Positions 22,301-37,300 of a DNA stretch of 64,000 bases are shown one piece after another (the stretch's first letter is position 1; each line of letters begins with the position of its first letter). The stretch spans positions 1-64,000 of the forward strand of contig JAUCBJ010002693.1 of NCBI GenBank assembly GCA_032718475.1. The letters are read 5' to 3'. The translations under genes were made by a program, and so were the position numbers. Below the pieces are notes generated by a model, which worked only from the letters and a program-made list of their open reading frames with translations, made no database searches and had not been told where the DNA came from. The stretch comes from Nemertoderma westbladi. Lineage: Eukaryota > Animalia > Xenacoelomorpha.

Positions 22301-25300
22301 TTGCAGCTGCATTTTTAAGAATGCTGTGCCGGCTTGTCAACAAAATTGCACCGCCACAACTCCCTATCACCCATGACATTTGCTAGATCATCCGCATCTT
22401 CAAGGCCAGTGTCCTTTAAGATGCGTCTCAAGAAAGTCATGGGCTGTCCACCATGCTTATTCACTCCATGAGGCTGCCAAAGTACAAGATTATGCACTGG
22501 CTGGTCCTCACGGCGAAAGCAATGTCCTGCAAAGCGGAGGCGATTTTGTTCTAGTGTCAAGCTTGGGGGAACCAATGAGACACCTCCAATGTTATATAGT
22601 GTCTGGTTGGAGATGTGTGCATTGTACTTGACACAATGAACCCGGCGTAGCATTCTTGTGAATGTACCATCCAGAGATTTGGTGTCCTCAGCAGTTAGAG
22701 CCCAGCATGGACTCCCATAGAGGAGTACTGGAACTACTGCTGCTCTAAATAACCGGACCTTAAGTTTCCGATTAATTCTCGGTGACTTCCAAATCCTGGA
22801 AAGCCTATTCAAGGCTGCCCATGCCTTTCCCTTACGTATTCGAAGGTCCTCACCTGACTTCCGTTACAATAAAAAAACTTTATGCGACCAATTTGCTTTT
22901 TTACGCACTTTTTATCAATTGCTGTCAATTTGCGCCGTCAATGTTAATATTCTTGATGTAGTCAATGTATCTGTATGGCCAAGAAATTTACGCGAAATTC
23001 TGAGATTAAATACGATGAAAGTGACTCATGCAGCTGATATGCCAACGAAGCTGAGAACGAATTGTAAAACGATACTTGCAAACGCGATAATTTGATGAGA
23101 TTGATCGTGCTAAATGCGGCCTTTAACGGTCTTCAAAGTTCTCGAATGTCACCAAGTTGTACGAGTTCACAAAGCCACTATATCTTTACTTAATTTATTT
23201 CCGGTAGGCCTAAGTGAGTAAGATAAAATATAGCCTACTCCCACCGTTACTGGGTGACTACAGTAGTATGTATAAGGTAATCGGATACCTCAATTATTTT
23301 TTAATTTCGAATTTCTGAGAAATACTGTAGTTTGTAATATACTGCGATATTGGGAGAATCGAAATTGCGACAACTATGGAGAATCGGGGAGACGGGATGG
23401 ATCTAATTTCCACTGTCCGAGATCGCTTGAATAACACCCACAAACACAGCTACTGTATATGCTTGCTTGGTCTCGTTTATAAATTGATTTTCTAATGTAG
23501 GACTAGTTGAACTATAATATGTTAATTTCTAGCGTTTCCTTGTGTTTTCGTTTAGGCGAATATTTGAGTCGGCTTTTTACTTTTTTAAATTTTTTTTTAG
23601 ACATACAGTGACATACAGTAGACATACTGTGGTCCCACATTATTTAATTTTAATTAGTTTTTTATTTTATTTTACTCCGTATTATTCCTCATGTCCGACC
23701 TTTTAACCACATTTTTCCGAGTTCCGTTTCTTTTTTTAAACGGCCTCGATTCAGACAACTCGCCACAAAGGTTTACAATTGATTAATTAAATATTAAATA
23801 ATCCATAATTAATTACTTTAAATTAATTAAACTAAATTAATTGATTACATATATTCTGGTGCAGTTTATTATTAACTTTCGTCTTTCTGGGTGAATTTAG
23901 TCGTAAAACATTTAAAAAATTTATTTTTTTATTTTTATATATTTTTATTTATTTTCTTATTTATTCTTATTATTTATTTATTTTATTTTATTATTTCTTT
24001 GTATAAAATTGATGGCCACAATGGGCCACCATAATTAACCCTCAATATTACACTAATTTATGATTAGGTTATAAACATATTATTTAATTTTGACATTTCC
24101 TACTGTACTACTGTATAGGTCCATCAATACCAGAATTTATAAATTGCATCTGGTTCACTCCACCCAACTAAAGTTTCCATTAATGATTCCACATTAAATA
24201 TGCAAATGGGCCGGTAACGACGCCCTAGGTGAGCGACAAACTTGATTCCAGATTGTGGATTAATTCGAATATTAAATTACTATTTTGACCGCCGGCCGTG
24301 ACCTTTCTTTCCGGTGGGGCGATAGTGTTCCAACGCCACCAGAAACCCCAAGAGGTTAAAACTGACCTTAAATCTACCCTGTAGAGCTCCCTAATAGTGT
24401 AGGACTACAGTAAACACAGGGGAACCGACGGAATCATACCTTCTAGCTGTTTGCAACTCAACGCCAAATGAATTAACACATGTCGCCTCTCCATAGCAAC
24501 AACATAAGAAAAGTAAATTATGTGGGTCTCTGAATGTCAGTGGTTGTTGAGGATTTCTCTAATAGGAAATGTTTTCCATCTTGCTGCATCATGCATTTAG
24601 GCATTGACTCCTTGAGTCTGACAACGGAAGCTTTCACGACGAGCTGTAGGCCTATAATCTGATTACTGCCTTTACCGTTGTAAATAGTTACATTCCATTG
24701 TAATGGATTGCTACAGTACGTTATAGGGGACCCTTTTAACGCTAATGGTATATGTTGCCGCTGTGCTGACTATTCAGTACATAACCGACTTCCCCCAAAC
24801 CAAAACCTTTCTTCAGCTGAAGTTAGACATTTTTTAACCCCCAAAGGAAATCACAGTCCTGTTGTTTTTCTCATCAGATTATCTGAGATTTCCGCGGTCC
24901 TCAGGTTGTTCCTGCGCTGAATCTTTTGTCTCATTTTTCATCCCGAATTTTGCCCGAATAATGGAAGGATTAAGCCCAATTCGTATGTGTACAACCCGCG
25001 CTTTAGCTATTGCTGGGATGAATTGGCAGTTTCAATCATATCTTTTGGCTGATTAAATTTTTTAACAACTCTTAATATTATTTATTGTTATTTAACTTTT
25101 ACTTTTGTAATAATACCAGTTCAAGATGTGACGTCATCTATCACATAGCCCGTAGTCTTTTTATTGGTCTATTATTTGTAGATATAATAATAATTTAATA
25201 TCAATAAAGATATTCCCAGACTGCTCAGAAAATTGTTTATTTATTTAATTTATTTTTCATCTTGTTTTATTGGCTAATACTAATACAATCAATATATTTA

Positions 25301-28300
25301 TAACAATCAATATCTGTGTGTTTTGGTATATACTGTATCATAGTACTGCGGCATACAGTAAGAGCTACAGTGACTGCGACAGAGCAACAGCACCTACAGT
25401 ACGCAACTAGGGCACACCAAACAAACGGTTTTTATAGACACACCCCGTGAGTTCATTAAATAAATGACATTTCTCTTTCACTTTCAGTTTAAAAAATTGC
25501 TCGAATATGAAATAAACTTATTATTACTTAATTAGTTATAAGGCCCATGTGAAGAATACCAGACTTTCTGCCGTTATATTTCACTTTGCAGTTACCCCCA
25601 TGTGAAGAATACCAGGTTTTCACCAAAACCACAGGTTACAGAAGGGCTGAATCTAACCAAAACAATAAGCGAATTAGTATATGTACAGATTATAAGACAG
25701 AAATAAGCGCTATAAAACACTTAATAAAGATAAATTAAAAAAAATAAAAAATCTTCATATATAAAATTCCAATAAAAAGTCGACCGAAAAGTGAAATCCT
25801 GGTATTCTTCACATGGGCGAGTTATAAAATCCGCCTCTGCAACTTGCTCCTTTCCCTTAATGTTTTAAACGAAAATAAATAAATTTTTTTAAACCCATTA
25901 ATGACATTTTTGTGTTTGCGGTTATTTTGCGTCATTAACGCCGTAATTTATCTCTAATCAACCACCCAACATTGATCTCCACTGAAAATAACTCATAAAC
26001 GTCATGACTAGGAGACAATTAATTAATACTCGCTTTTATTGAACAAACGATGGGGCCGTTTTCATCATGCAAATTAAGTGGCGACGCCACGGCTAAAAGG
26101 CAAAGCCGATTATGAGAAAAGATGCGCATTTACATATTGCAAGATTGCGTGGTAAATGAGTTTGCCTCACATCCATGTCTATGTTTACAATGGACACTAC
26201 AACTGCTCCTCTGCTTACAGTAGTAGTACTACCGTGTACTGATGCAGTTGTCTCCGTACCATTCCCCATTGCGCATACCAAATTAGGCTCCCCACTCAAT
26301 CAGCCTAACGCCGGTGTAATGAATTAATGTGCGCAGATCCCTCTTAATTCAGCAACATGGCACCTCATAATCTCCAGCTCACGTTTACAGCCGCAAGAAA
26401 GTTCTTCTTTCGCGCATCTTATAAGTCTCAAAGGTCTCATTATGGTCTTATATAAATTCTCGTATTATAACAATAGTATAACATTATGAATCTAGAAGGG
26501 CTTCTTGAATTCATATTTTTAATCATGATTTAGTAGCCCACTCCTAACACAGGCGGTATAAATAAGCTAGATTAACGCCAAACTCCATCATCTACTATCT
26601 ATTAATTATGTGTCGTTTGTTGCTGAGAGATTAAACTGGTTTTCTGCGACGCACCTGCTCCACGAACTAACTGCCTTGTAGTTGTTGTAGTAGTAGGGCT
26701 CCATTAACTTATTGTATTTGGGGGCACCACAATAGTGCGCTATGGGCTTACTAACAGGTACCATTCTTAAAATCCAGACACCTAATTAACTATTCCTTTT
26801 GCACCGTTGCATTTTTTTTACATCGCATGTACACAGCTGCAAGTTACAGCCGCTGATTACAAAGTTGCTACTTTTATATTATTTCTTGTTAAGTTGGATG
26901 CGCTGAACTCGGATTATTTGGGCTTCTCCTAACGAACATCACAGTTGCCTCGGATATGGTAGGAAGGAGGCAGTGTCTAAGTCTTACCATTCCAAATATA
27001 AATTTCAATTTTTCAATGGAATGCAGTGTGCCTGCTTATAATGCACACTTCCATCCAATTTTTGAAATTCCGTAACACCTCTTGAAAATTAATTTATTTT
27101 ATTATCACACTACCTTCTGTAGCATTAGTTACAACAACACGTAAAATACATGTTAAATACGTACTGTAGTTGGGCCCATGTGAAGAATACCAGACTTTCT
27201 GCCGTTATATTTCACTTTGCAGTTACCCCCATGTGAAGAAAGAATACCATTGTTTCACCAAAAACACAGGTTATAGAAGGGCTGAATCTAACCAAAACAA
27301 TAAACGAATTAGTATATGTACAGATTATAAGACAGAAATAAGCGCTATAAAAAACTTAATAAAGATAAATTAAAAAAAAATAAAAATCTTCATATATAAA
27401 TTTCCAATTAAAAGTCGACCGAAAAGTGAAATCCTTGTATTCTTCACATGGGCGCGTAGTTGATTAAATACAGTAGGAAAATGTCGATATTAATTTCGTA
27501 AATTTTATTTTGCACATATAAACTCTCCCTTCCAAAGGATGGGTGGTAAAGATGTCACCTGGTATTCTTAATTACAACTTGATTATGATTTTTTATCTGT
27601 AACTACAAGCAGGATTTAACTAACTCCCATTAGACGGCCTGTGATGTTGATTACTTCCCTACTGCAATAAAATATACAACAACAAACTATTCCATGGAAC
27701 AACCTCGCAGTTATCAGGACTGGACCTGTCAGCTTACTGTGTCAATAGTGACGTTTATACCCTGTGATCTGATTGCATTGTCCCTCGGGTAACACAAAAC
27801 CTCTGATCAAACGCCTTAATCACCACTTCCAAGGGCACAATTACAGCATCTTGGGGTGACCCATTCGGCAGCATGGTCCCGTCGGAACTACAGAGAGACC
27901 ACCCACTATATGCCATGAGTCCCCAACCCAACAATTCTTCCGTGCCATTCTACCAATTGGGTAATCCATTTCTCAAACTGTAAAATTTGATGAGTTCTTC
28001 TAAAATCAAAGTTTACTGGGAACTTGTTGCAACCATAACCAATTAATTATATTCAAAGGAAGTATGTATATAATATATACACGATCCCTCGCTAAGTTTA
28101 TGGAATCCTAAAGGGATTGACGTTAACTTCTTACGACTTTTATGATTATTTTTCCCCACCGGGGCTTCACTGCCGAAGCTCCCGGTGGCTTAATGAATCT
28201 GTCCCTAATCAAGCTATGCTCCGTGATCAAGTGTTGTACCTGCAGGCGACTTAAGATAATTGCATTTAGGATTTGTTTGTGCACCGTCGATTCGACTGAG

Positions 28301-31300
28301 TTATGGAGGCATGTATGTATGTCTGTATGTATGTACTGTAATGTCAGTCATGTACGTTAGCATTTTGTATATAGAAAGCAACAATCACATATCACGCACA
28401 TGTTGTTGTACGATGTATATTGTTGTAATCCAAGTAGTTTAACATTATCTGGTCCGGAGGAATTTAAGAAATTTAAGGGTCATTTTAGAAATTTTTTAGA
28501 TCTTGGCTCAAAAATTACAATTTTGATGGTATAAGGGATTTCGAGGTCGCTGATCACGATGACACTAGTTATAAATATTTCCGGTAATGCAAACCCAATT
28601 TTGGTGCCATTCTGGTGCCCCAGAACGAAAAGTACTAGTAGCACAATATTATAAGCTGTTACATTTTGCCTTTGGTTTGGTAATTCTGAAGATATACTGG
28701 TTTTCAAGGTCGCTAATCACGATACAACTCTTTACAAATCATGAGGTAACGCAACTATCACTTTCTTTTGGTGCTTGTCTGGTGGGGCGAAAAATGCAAG
28801 TAGCATAAAATGTCAAACGGCAAAAATCGAATTTGTTTGGATAATACGATATTTTTGAGTGTCATATTCGTGATCAGCATTATAAAAAACCTATATGTTG
28901 ATAAAATTGAGTCGATTTTGTGGTGATTTTTAGTTATCATATTTGTACTACTTGTTTTTTTCGTGCCGCCGGGGGCATATTCAAAATTACCACAAATGTT
29001 CTCGAATATTATATTTGAGTTCTATAATCGTGATCAGCATCCAAAAAACCTCTATGTACCGCAAATAAATTAATTTTAGTGAGCCATAAAATTTTTTAGA
29101 AAATTTTAGCACGAAAAGTGCTGGAGATGGGTGCCAGAAAGGGACCATAGCACGAAAACTAACATAGCCATGTAAATGGCATTTTCGCTGCTGTGGATAG
29201 CCCATTAAATTTTAGGTAAAGTCACATAATTTCGGTTTTCCGAACAAACCTGACTGAAGGATACAGATGATTTACAAAAAAATTTCTAATATGACCCCTC
29301 CCCCCCCCCCCCCCCGGGCCAATTAGTGTTAAGGTCTATCATTACATACCATACATTACAATGCATATTTATTTCAAATATGATAAATATTTTGACGAAC
29401 TTTATACAGCTTGCTACCTACCTACATACCTTTTTAATTATTTTCTGTTTTGTGTTATCTCATCTATATATCCAGTATGTAGGCCTACGAATCTACTCAA
29501 TCTCAAAAGTAAATAGCTAATAAACACTACATGTTTGGGGGTAATCAGCCGTTATTATCATTAATTTTCCACGCGGGAGGATTTCAAATTTATTTCGTCG
29601 AAAATCATCGACAACCACCCCACCCCCCCCCCCCCCCCCCCCCACACTATATTAGATCATTAGAACTGACACATTATATTCCCACTACAGACGCCAATTG
29701 TTTGGCATTAGTCGCGGTCGCTAAAACCACTACTGGCTCATTCAATGCCACTGATTTGTTTGAAAAAATTGCTGTTTAAAATATAAATTAACAAATCCAC
29801 GAATCCGCAAATCTGCGAAATCATCGAATCATATTTTCGAATAGAGCATGACACTGAAACCCTATAGATGCTTTTTACTACTGCACTACTGTCCGGCTCT
29901 ACTCCATTTGATGTACGTGGGAATGCCATGGCAGTGGCTCATTACTAATTATAATATATTAAAAGTCAGATTTTATTAAAGCTGTTGAATTCACGCTTTT
30001 AACTTTCAATTTCTTTAATGTCTCGTTAGATTTGTCAATATTAAGTGATAATTATAATATTTAATTAATTGTTAAGCAAGTTAAATAAAGAAACCTTACC
30101 GGTGGGTATGCAAGGACCAAAGAATGTAAAATCTAACAAGCAACTGGACCTAGACGGTTGCATGCAATCAGAGATCAGCTGATCGGTAGGATTCGCCTCA
30201 CGAAGGAAGGCATTATCAGGAGGCCAAGCCAAGAGATGACATTTAGAGTGTGGAGTTAGGGAGAAGGAACGGGGAATGAAACAAAGAGATACCCGCAGAA
30301 TACTTCTATATCTAAAGTCTTCAAACATTGGGTAACAGACCAACAGAAAGACCAAACCGTCAGTCATTCACAGTCAATGATTGAAACAATAGAACAATAG
30401 TTAGTACGAGTAGGCGCACCGGTATGCTAATAAGCTAGCTTACTTGTTCACCCTCTCCACAACTAGAACTTCAACTTCCAACTGCAAAGATACACCCTCT
30501 GCTGATACTGCAGCACTAAACTACAACTATGTACCAGTAGGTGATAAAGAGTATGGTACTGAATTATGAGTTGACTGTTGTCACGACATTTGATTCTTGT
30601 CCCCGAGATTCAGATGTTTCACTGTTTTCCTGCTTCTTACCGCAAAATTTTGAGGAATTACGTTTTGTACACCGATCTACTGTTATTCACCTTGTACGTG
30701 ATCATTTTTTACTGTGGTCATCTGCCAATTGGCCCCCATAAATCAATTGAACTAGTGACAGTTTATCAAGTAACCACATACATAAATTTATGTAGGCCTA
30801 TCTTATCTCGAAATTTCAAGAAAACACGCGCCCAATTAGGCAAGTACTACAAAGGATTCTACTGTAGTTATCTACAAGAGATTGCGGATGAATTCTTTCA
30901 ATCTTTGGATTCCAAGCTTTTAGCTTGAATCTCTATAATACAGTAATAATCTGGTGCAAATATACTGCAATTGTTGAAACGTTGCGTTGAAACGAATCGA
31001 ACGCACTGTGAACGTACTGTGTAGGTATTCATTCGGTGTTCATTAAACTAATCACGTTGGGAAGCGGTTTATTCCGTTGAATTCATATCGCTCTGGAGGT
31101 CGTGGGTTCGATACCCGCATGGGAAACAGGGCAGTTTTAGTTCAGTTCATGCTTTGAAGGGACTAGCCTGAGCTCATATCTGGCTTGCATCCTTAAATGG
31201 TAGCTAATTGAGTCTCAGTTTCATCCGAGGACCGCACTGGAAATAATTCGTCAGACTTTGTGCGTAATTTCTGACCTGACAGCTGAATAAAACTTTATTA

Positions 31301-34300
31301 CGTGTTTGTAAGTTATAATTATATTTCATAGAGTATATCTAATCGATTTTCATTTCATTGTTTTATTTCCTACACATACACCCTATGTATATTTTACTAG
31401 ATATCTCAGTATCTGATATATCAACTACACCAGCGGACTACATACAGACCGGCCGTTCCAGTGTTGTCTTCTATCTCGGTAACTCGGTCCAGACATGGCG
31501 TCTTCAACTCGTCGACGATTCCGAATACGAGGTCTCTCAACAGGTCAAGGTCTCTCTCTTCAACCCTACCGACGCTCTCTTACACTCCCCCCTGGAGACT
31601 GTTGTAACCATAGTCGACCCGGAGGATGGTGAGTTGGAGATATTAGGAAGGACGTAAAGTCGACCCCCCCAGTGACGCCACAGGACCCCCAGTGACGCCA
31701 CAGTGACCCCCCAGTGACGCCACAAGACCCCCAGTGAAGCCACAGTGGCCCCCAGTTTAACATGAAATCAATCACAATAGAATAGATTCCTTTAAGATAA
31801 TAAGTAACAAGCATTATTATTTCTTTGTTTTTTTTAATTGTATTTCCTGGTAGTCAAATAAGCTTAAATATTTTTTTTTTAACTTTTCTTTAATCATTTT
31901 TTTCTTGTTTGTAAAATATGCTTAATTTTTTTTAACAATAAAGTAAGTTAATCAAAGTATCTGGTGAAGTAATTTCTTTGAATGTTGTTAAAAAATGTGA
32001 TTAACGAATTTAAATGTTCGCTAAATTAAATTCATCAGTTAATTTGAAATAAAGCCACATACACCAATAATACACTTGTTTACCATACATTATTGTACAA
32101 GTTAGTACATAAATTTTCATAATATTCTACATTTACTTTTTTTCTACAGTATTATTATTTTAGCCAATAAAAGACAAGAATCTAAGTTGAGCCTGATCAT
32201 ACTTTTTCTCACTTATTGCCTTTTCCTTTCACACAAAATACCATAATAATAATTATTATAACATTTATATTTCAGAACCGACTCTCTACTTTATAAATTC
32301 AACTTATTGGTTTACTGAAGATGTCGGCGTTGCTAGTATGACGGTGTCAAGGCGAGGTGATCCCAGAAAGGCGATGAGCGTGCAATGCTATACTTACGTA
32401 GGTTAGTGCTATACCGCTATATTCATTATATTTATCAATTCGAATTGATATAATTTAAAAAAAGTGCACGGCACAAATTAAACATGAGTATATAGATAGT
32501 CAGTGACAGTCGGCCAATGTGAAGAATACCAGACATTCTGCCGTTATATTTCACTTTGCAGTTACCCCCATGTGAAGAATACAAGGTTTTAACCAAAAAC
32601 ACAGGTTGCAGAAGGGCTGAATCTAACCAAAACAATAAACGAATTAGTATATTCACAGGTTATAAGACATAAATAAGCGCTATAAAACACTTAATAAAGA
32701 TAAATTAAATCTTTATATATAAAATTCCAATAAAAAGTCGACCGAAAGAAAAGTGAAATCCTGGTATTCTACACATGGGCGTGACAGTGGGCGGTAGCTA
32801 AATTAGCATGGTAATGATACCATATTGGTGCCATATAATTCTTAGATATATGTAATACTATAAAATAATTGATATATTTATCTATTTATTTAATTTAAAT
32901 TAACACGTCATACCTGAATACTGTAGGCCTATATATATAAAAGTGCACAGAACTGCTCAAGTACCATAAAATAATAAAAAAATAGACTGCATGAATAACC
33001 CCGGCTTATGGCATTTATGTTTGGAGAACCCCCCCTCCCCCCATCCCCGATTGTTTCAAGGATAGATTAGTGACATTCAGCCCCAATATTATCTTACAGT
33101 CTTACAGTTTTTATCTTATAGTCTTACAATATTAACCTTTTATTATATCAACTTTTCTATCTTTAATTAAATGTTTGCTGTACTGTAGTACGTACGTTTT
33201 ACATTAAGGGTTATTTATGATTACTGTAGCTTTAGGCTACTACAGTAGGGCCTACTGCAGTTAATATCTAAATCATATAGAATAAATAATATAAAACTAA
33301 GAAAATTTTAATTAAAAAATAATTAAATTCTTCATACAATCACAACGAATCCTTAATCGCACATATTTTAGTTCAAACCTAATAAATTAGGTAGCGGCAG
33401 AACTATAGTTGTGTCAGCGGGAGATTGCAATCGAGAAAAATTCAACGGGCATCCCAAATCAATAACTTTATTAATCTAAAGCCAATGCATCCCGGCCCTG
33501 GAATCAATTGTTAATGTTTAACTGTTTGGCTATTCAAGTAGCTCTGGTAGCAAAGTTAAATACCGCCAAATGTCAATCAATTACAAACTAATGTAATCAT
33601 TTACTATAACATGTAGTATGTACAGTAGTTATAAAGTATTATGCTATTGGTACATAACATACTACATTACATATACATAACAGCCAAAAGGGTTCGTGCT
33701 CAATGGATTAAAAAGGAATGTAAAGTTATAGACAATAGGCCTACAACTGTACAGTTGTAGGCTTGTACAGTAGGTTGTACTGTACAGTAGGCTATATGAT
33801 GTTAGGATAAAAAATGTTTATTTTTTAGTTTCATATTTGTTGAATAATAACATTTGACACTAATAAACATAAATTCATTCTCCCAAAGTTTATGTATAAA
33901 ATACATAAATGTCTAAAATTATTGCCAATAAATTATTAATTATAGAAAAGGAACAGGACAATTAAAGGATGTTTAAAAATTAACCTTAATTAATTAATTA
34001 TTTACAAATTTGACATATGCTATCCGATAGTATAAATAATTATTCAGTAATTTAAACTCAATAGCGAAAAAAAGAAATCGCCACTGGCGAGCAATTTATT
34101 TTGAAGTCTGTTTGGATAGATCGATTGATTCATTGTTTTCTTTTTCTTTTTCCAAATACAGTAATACGTATTTATAGTAGAGATAAACCAATTACATAAC
34201 AGGACGGCCCTAACCAGGGCCATAGACAGACCTTCTAACATTTGGTGGTAAAGTGAGCCGTTTTTGGTGGATTTGGTTTGTTTGGTGCAAAAATGTATCT

Positions 34301-37300
34301 AATTTTAAATATAGGTGTGAAAATAATTTGTTGAGATTTTTTATTATGTTTTGTTAATACATTTTTGTACATAAATTTACATTTATAGCTAAGTTTCCAC
34401 TGCTGGTTGTTTCTTAGAGACAAGGGGAGGGGGACGAATTTATTGTTTCTTTGGTCCCGAACATACTACCCCCCCCCCCCCCCCACCGCCACTGATTGTT
34501 AGATTTACCTTGCAGGGGACAGAGGATTGGATAACAGTTCACATTATTGGCAACAATATTTTGTACAATAAATCGGAGAATCACGGTTTGGTTAAATCAC
34601 TAGTCCAATTACAGTATAAATTGTATATGTAATTGTATGTATAAATTATTATATCATGTATAAATTGTACGTACAGTATAAGACAATTAAGGATTATCAG
34701 GAGATATGGTCTGAAGATCAGATTATGTAGGCCTACAGTATAGGTTTTTGTGTCTTAGTTTCTTGGTAATATAGAACACGCGAATGTACATTCCATCAAG
34801 ACTCCATTTACTGTTTTCAATATGGTTTAATCTGCAGATTAGATTGATAGACATGGTCTGGTCGTCATGTATGCTCCAATTAAAAAGCGAGTAACCTGCT
34901 ACCAATATGACAGAAAACTTTGTTTTTGCTAAAAAAAATTGGGGGTGTGCCCCCCCCCCCCCCCCCCCCCCCTTTCCCCCTACCCTTGGTGGTGAAATGT
35001 GGGATAGTTCTGAAAGAGGACACTTACCGAAATTGAACTAAATCAGCCAAAACTGCGAATGCTATCAACAAAGGTGCAATAGGGGCGTAAGCTATCCATT
35101 TACTGAAAGGGAGCTGATTTGGCACTTCTATTATCCAATTTCTTTAATAAACAAATTATTTCCATCCAACGCCAACAACACATTTTAACCCGCTTAAACT
35201 GACCGTGTACCTCCTTAAACCTCCTCGAAAGATCGATGGCCACTTGTTTTTCGCAACAAATTATTTTACTAATATATTATATTATTGCGATTTTTACCTT
35301 CATCAGAACTACATGTTTACCGAAATATATTATAATCTAACACGTCCCTTTTTACCAAAGGATTTTATATCCTTTGGATAACAAATATAGAATCAATTAT
35401 TATTATATTAATAAACAAATAGATAGGAGCCAAAATTTATATAATGATATTGTCAGCTATATTTAGTGAATTTTTATTTCGCGTATGTTTATTTGAAATA
35501 ATACTGCTATTATTTGAATTATCTCTTATCTTTTTGTTATTAATGAAATAGAATGCCGAAGAATGTTTATTGTTTTGGTTAGAATAATGTGCCATTGTAT
35601 AACCTGCTCCTTTCCCTAAATTATAATTGATAGTTTAATATTGAGACGAGATATTAATTCGCCGAGATGGGATTTGCATCAAGTCCCCCCCCCCCCCCCC
35701 CCCCTCCGCCCCCTTCTCGGTTTTTTATACTGAAATAAACACCTCGAAATTAAATAGTAATTTTAACTTTTTTAGGCGAATCTTCCGAAACGAACCTTCT
35801 TCCTGCCACCATCGATAAGGACTACACTGCCATCCCTATGGCAACTGGCGGAGGTCGCACTATTAGCTTAGCGGCCGGTGCCATGGAGACCAGTTGCGAC
35901 ATCTACGTAACCGACGATGATAAGTTCGAAGACTTCGACGAGTACCTTATGGTCGGATTGGCCAATCCGAAGGGCGGAGTTATAGACGAAGGCCGGAGTA
36001 GTTCCATGTTGGTTATAACTCCGGATTATCGAGACGGTAAGTACATGGAGTGGTTACTAAAAGGTGGGGTAAAGGAAAAAAAACATACTATTTTAATTCC
36101 TATTTGTTTTATAATTAATATTTCAGGATCATTAGTCGAGGAAAGGAGCAGGTTACGGCATATAAAAGTATTGTTATCGGACTGTTAAAACAGTAGAGAG
36201 GGCGCCACACTAACTCCCAAGATTTAATACTCTACGCTATCCAACCTTTTTCTTATATTATATTCTAGAACCGCGGTTTAACTTCCGCCAACGGGTTTAT
36301 GAAGTTTCAGAATCGTCGTCTTCCGTAACCATTGAGGTCGCCAGATTCGGCACTGACCTCAACCACACGTCTACGGTGCATATTGTTACCGTGGAAACTG
36401 GGAATGTTACCAACGCAACCTGTTAGTAAACAACATAACAATAAATTAATATGTGACAATATTCTATTTTTGGTTTATTTTCTGTGTTTTTTTTTAATTT
36501 CCATAAAACATGGCAAGGTTACTGTCAAGTCAAACGGGATCCCGAGAAATTGGGTTTCCGGCTCAAATTGCTGACGAATTTTATAACTTATTAATTTATA
36601 ATTTATGACGAAATTAATTTTACTGTTATTTTATCGCAAATGTTTCATAGTGGGAAATAAAGTAATATATTAGGTTGCCCAAAACCTGATTCATACTTTT
36701 TACAGTCATACTAAAATGTTAAGTAAATTCAATTTAAAATTGCAATCCCGATCCCTAAAGATAAGTCCGATCCCGTTTAAACACTAAACAGTAGCTAAAA
36801 TCTGGAATTAGCTAACATGTCGCGAACATTTCCTATTTACTCACTAACTATCAATTCTACTTAGAATTCACAATATTTTGGTAGAATTTACCAAATTACA
36901 GTTTATCCACCACCAAATCAAGCAACTATAAATTATTGTGTCCACCTCCTTCTTCCAATAATGTTTCCCTAACGATATGAATAATATCCGAATTTATATG
37001 TATTTTTCTTGTCTCAGCCAATTCGGATTACATTCCCATCGATACCGTGTTAACGTACCAACCCAATGAAGGGCTCCAGTTGGTTACCATCACTATCATC
37101 GATGACGTCACAGTGACGCGGTTGGAGGGTCGCGAGTCCGTTCAGTTGTTGCTAAGCAACCCGTATAACGGTCGCCTTGACAACCAGAAGGACGCTGTTG
37201 TTATAATAGACGACCGCCTCGACGACGGTGGGTTATAAATAGACTTCCGACAAAAAGTAGCTCTCGGCCTTAGGATGGCAGTAATTCTTATTTTATATAA

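Larger units (their letters stand above)
22270..25858. mobile_element. Possible non-autonomous DNA transposon (TTAA-flanked, Kolobok-like ends) hosting later insertions
   Basis: TTAAGGGAAAGGAGC at ~22268 and GCTCCTTTCCCTTAA at ~25846; similar ends recur at ~35605, ~36140, ~62845. Confidence 0.35.

Noticed and set aside
20596-35715. Several long poly-C runs (20596, 29299, 29622, 34468, 34950, 35685)
   Set aside because: Simple homopolymers, often at repeat edges; lengths are unreliable and there is no further organisation.
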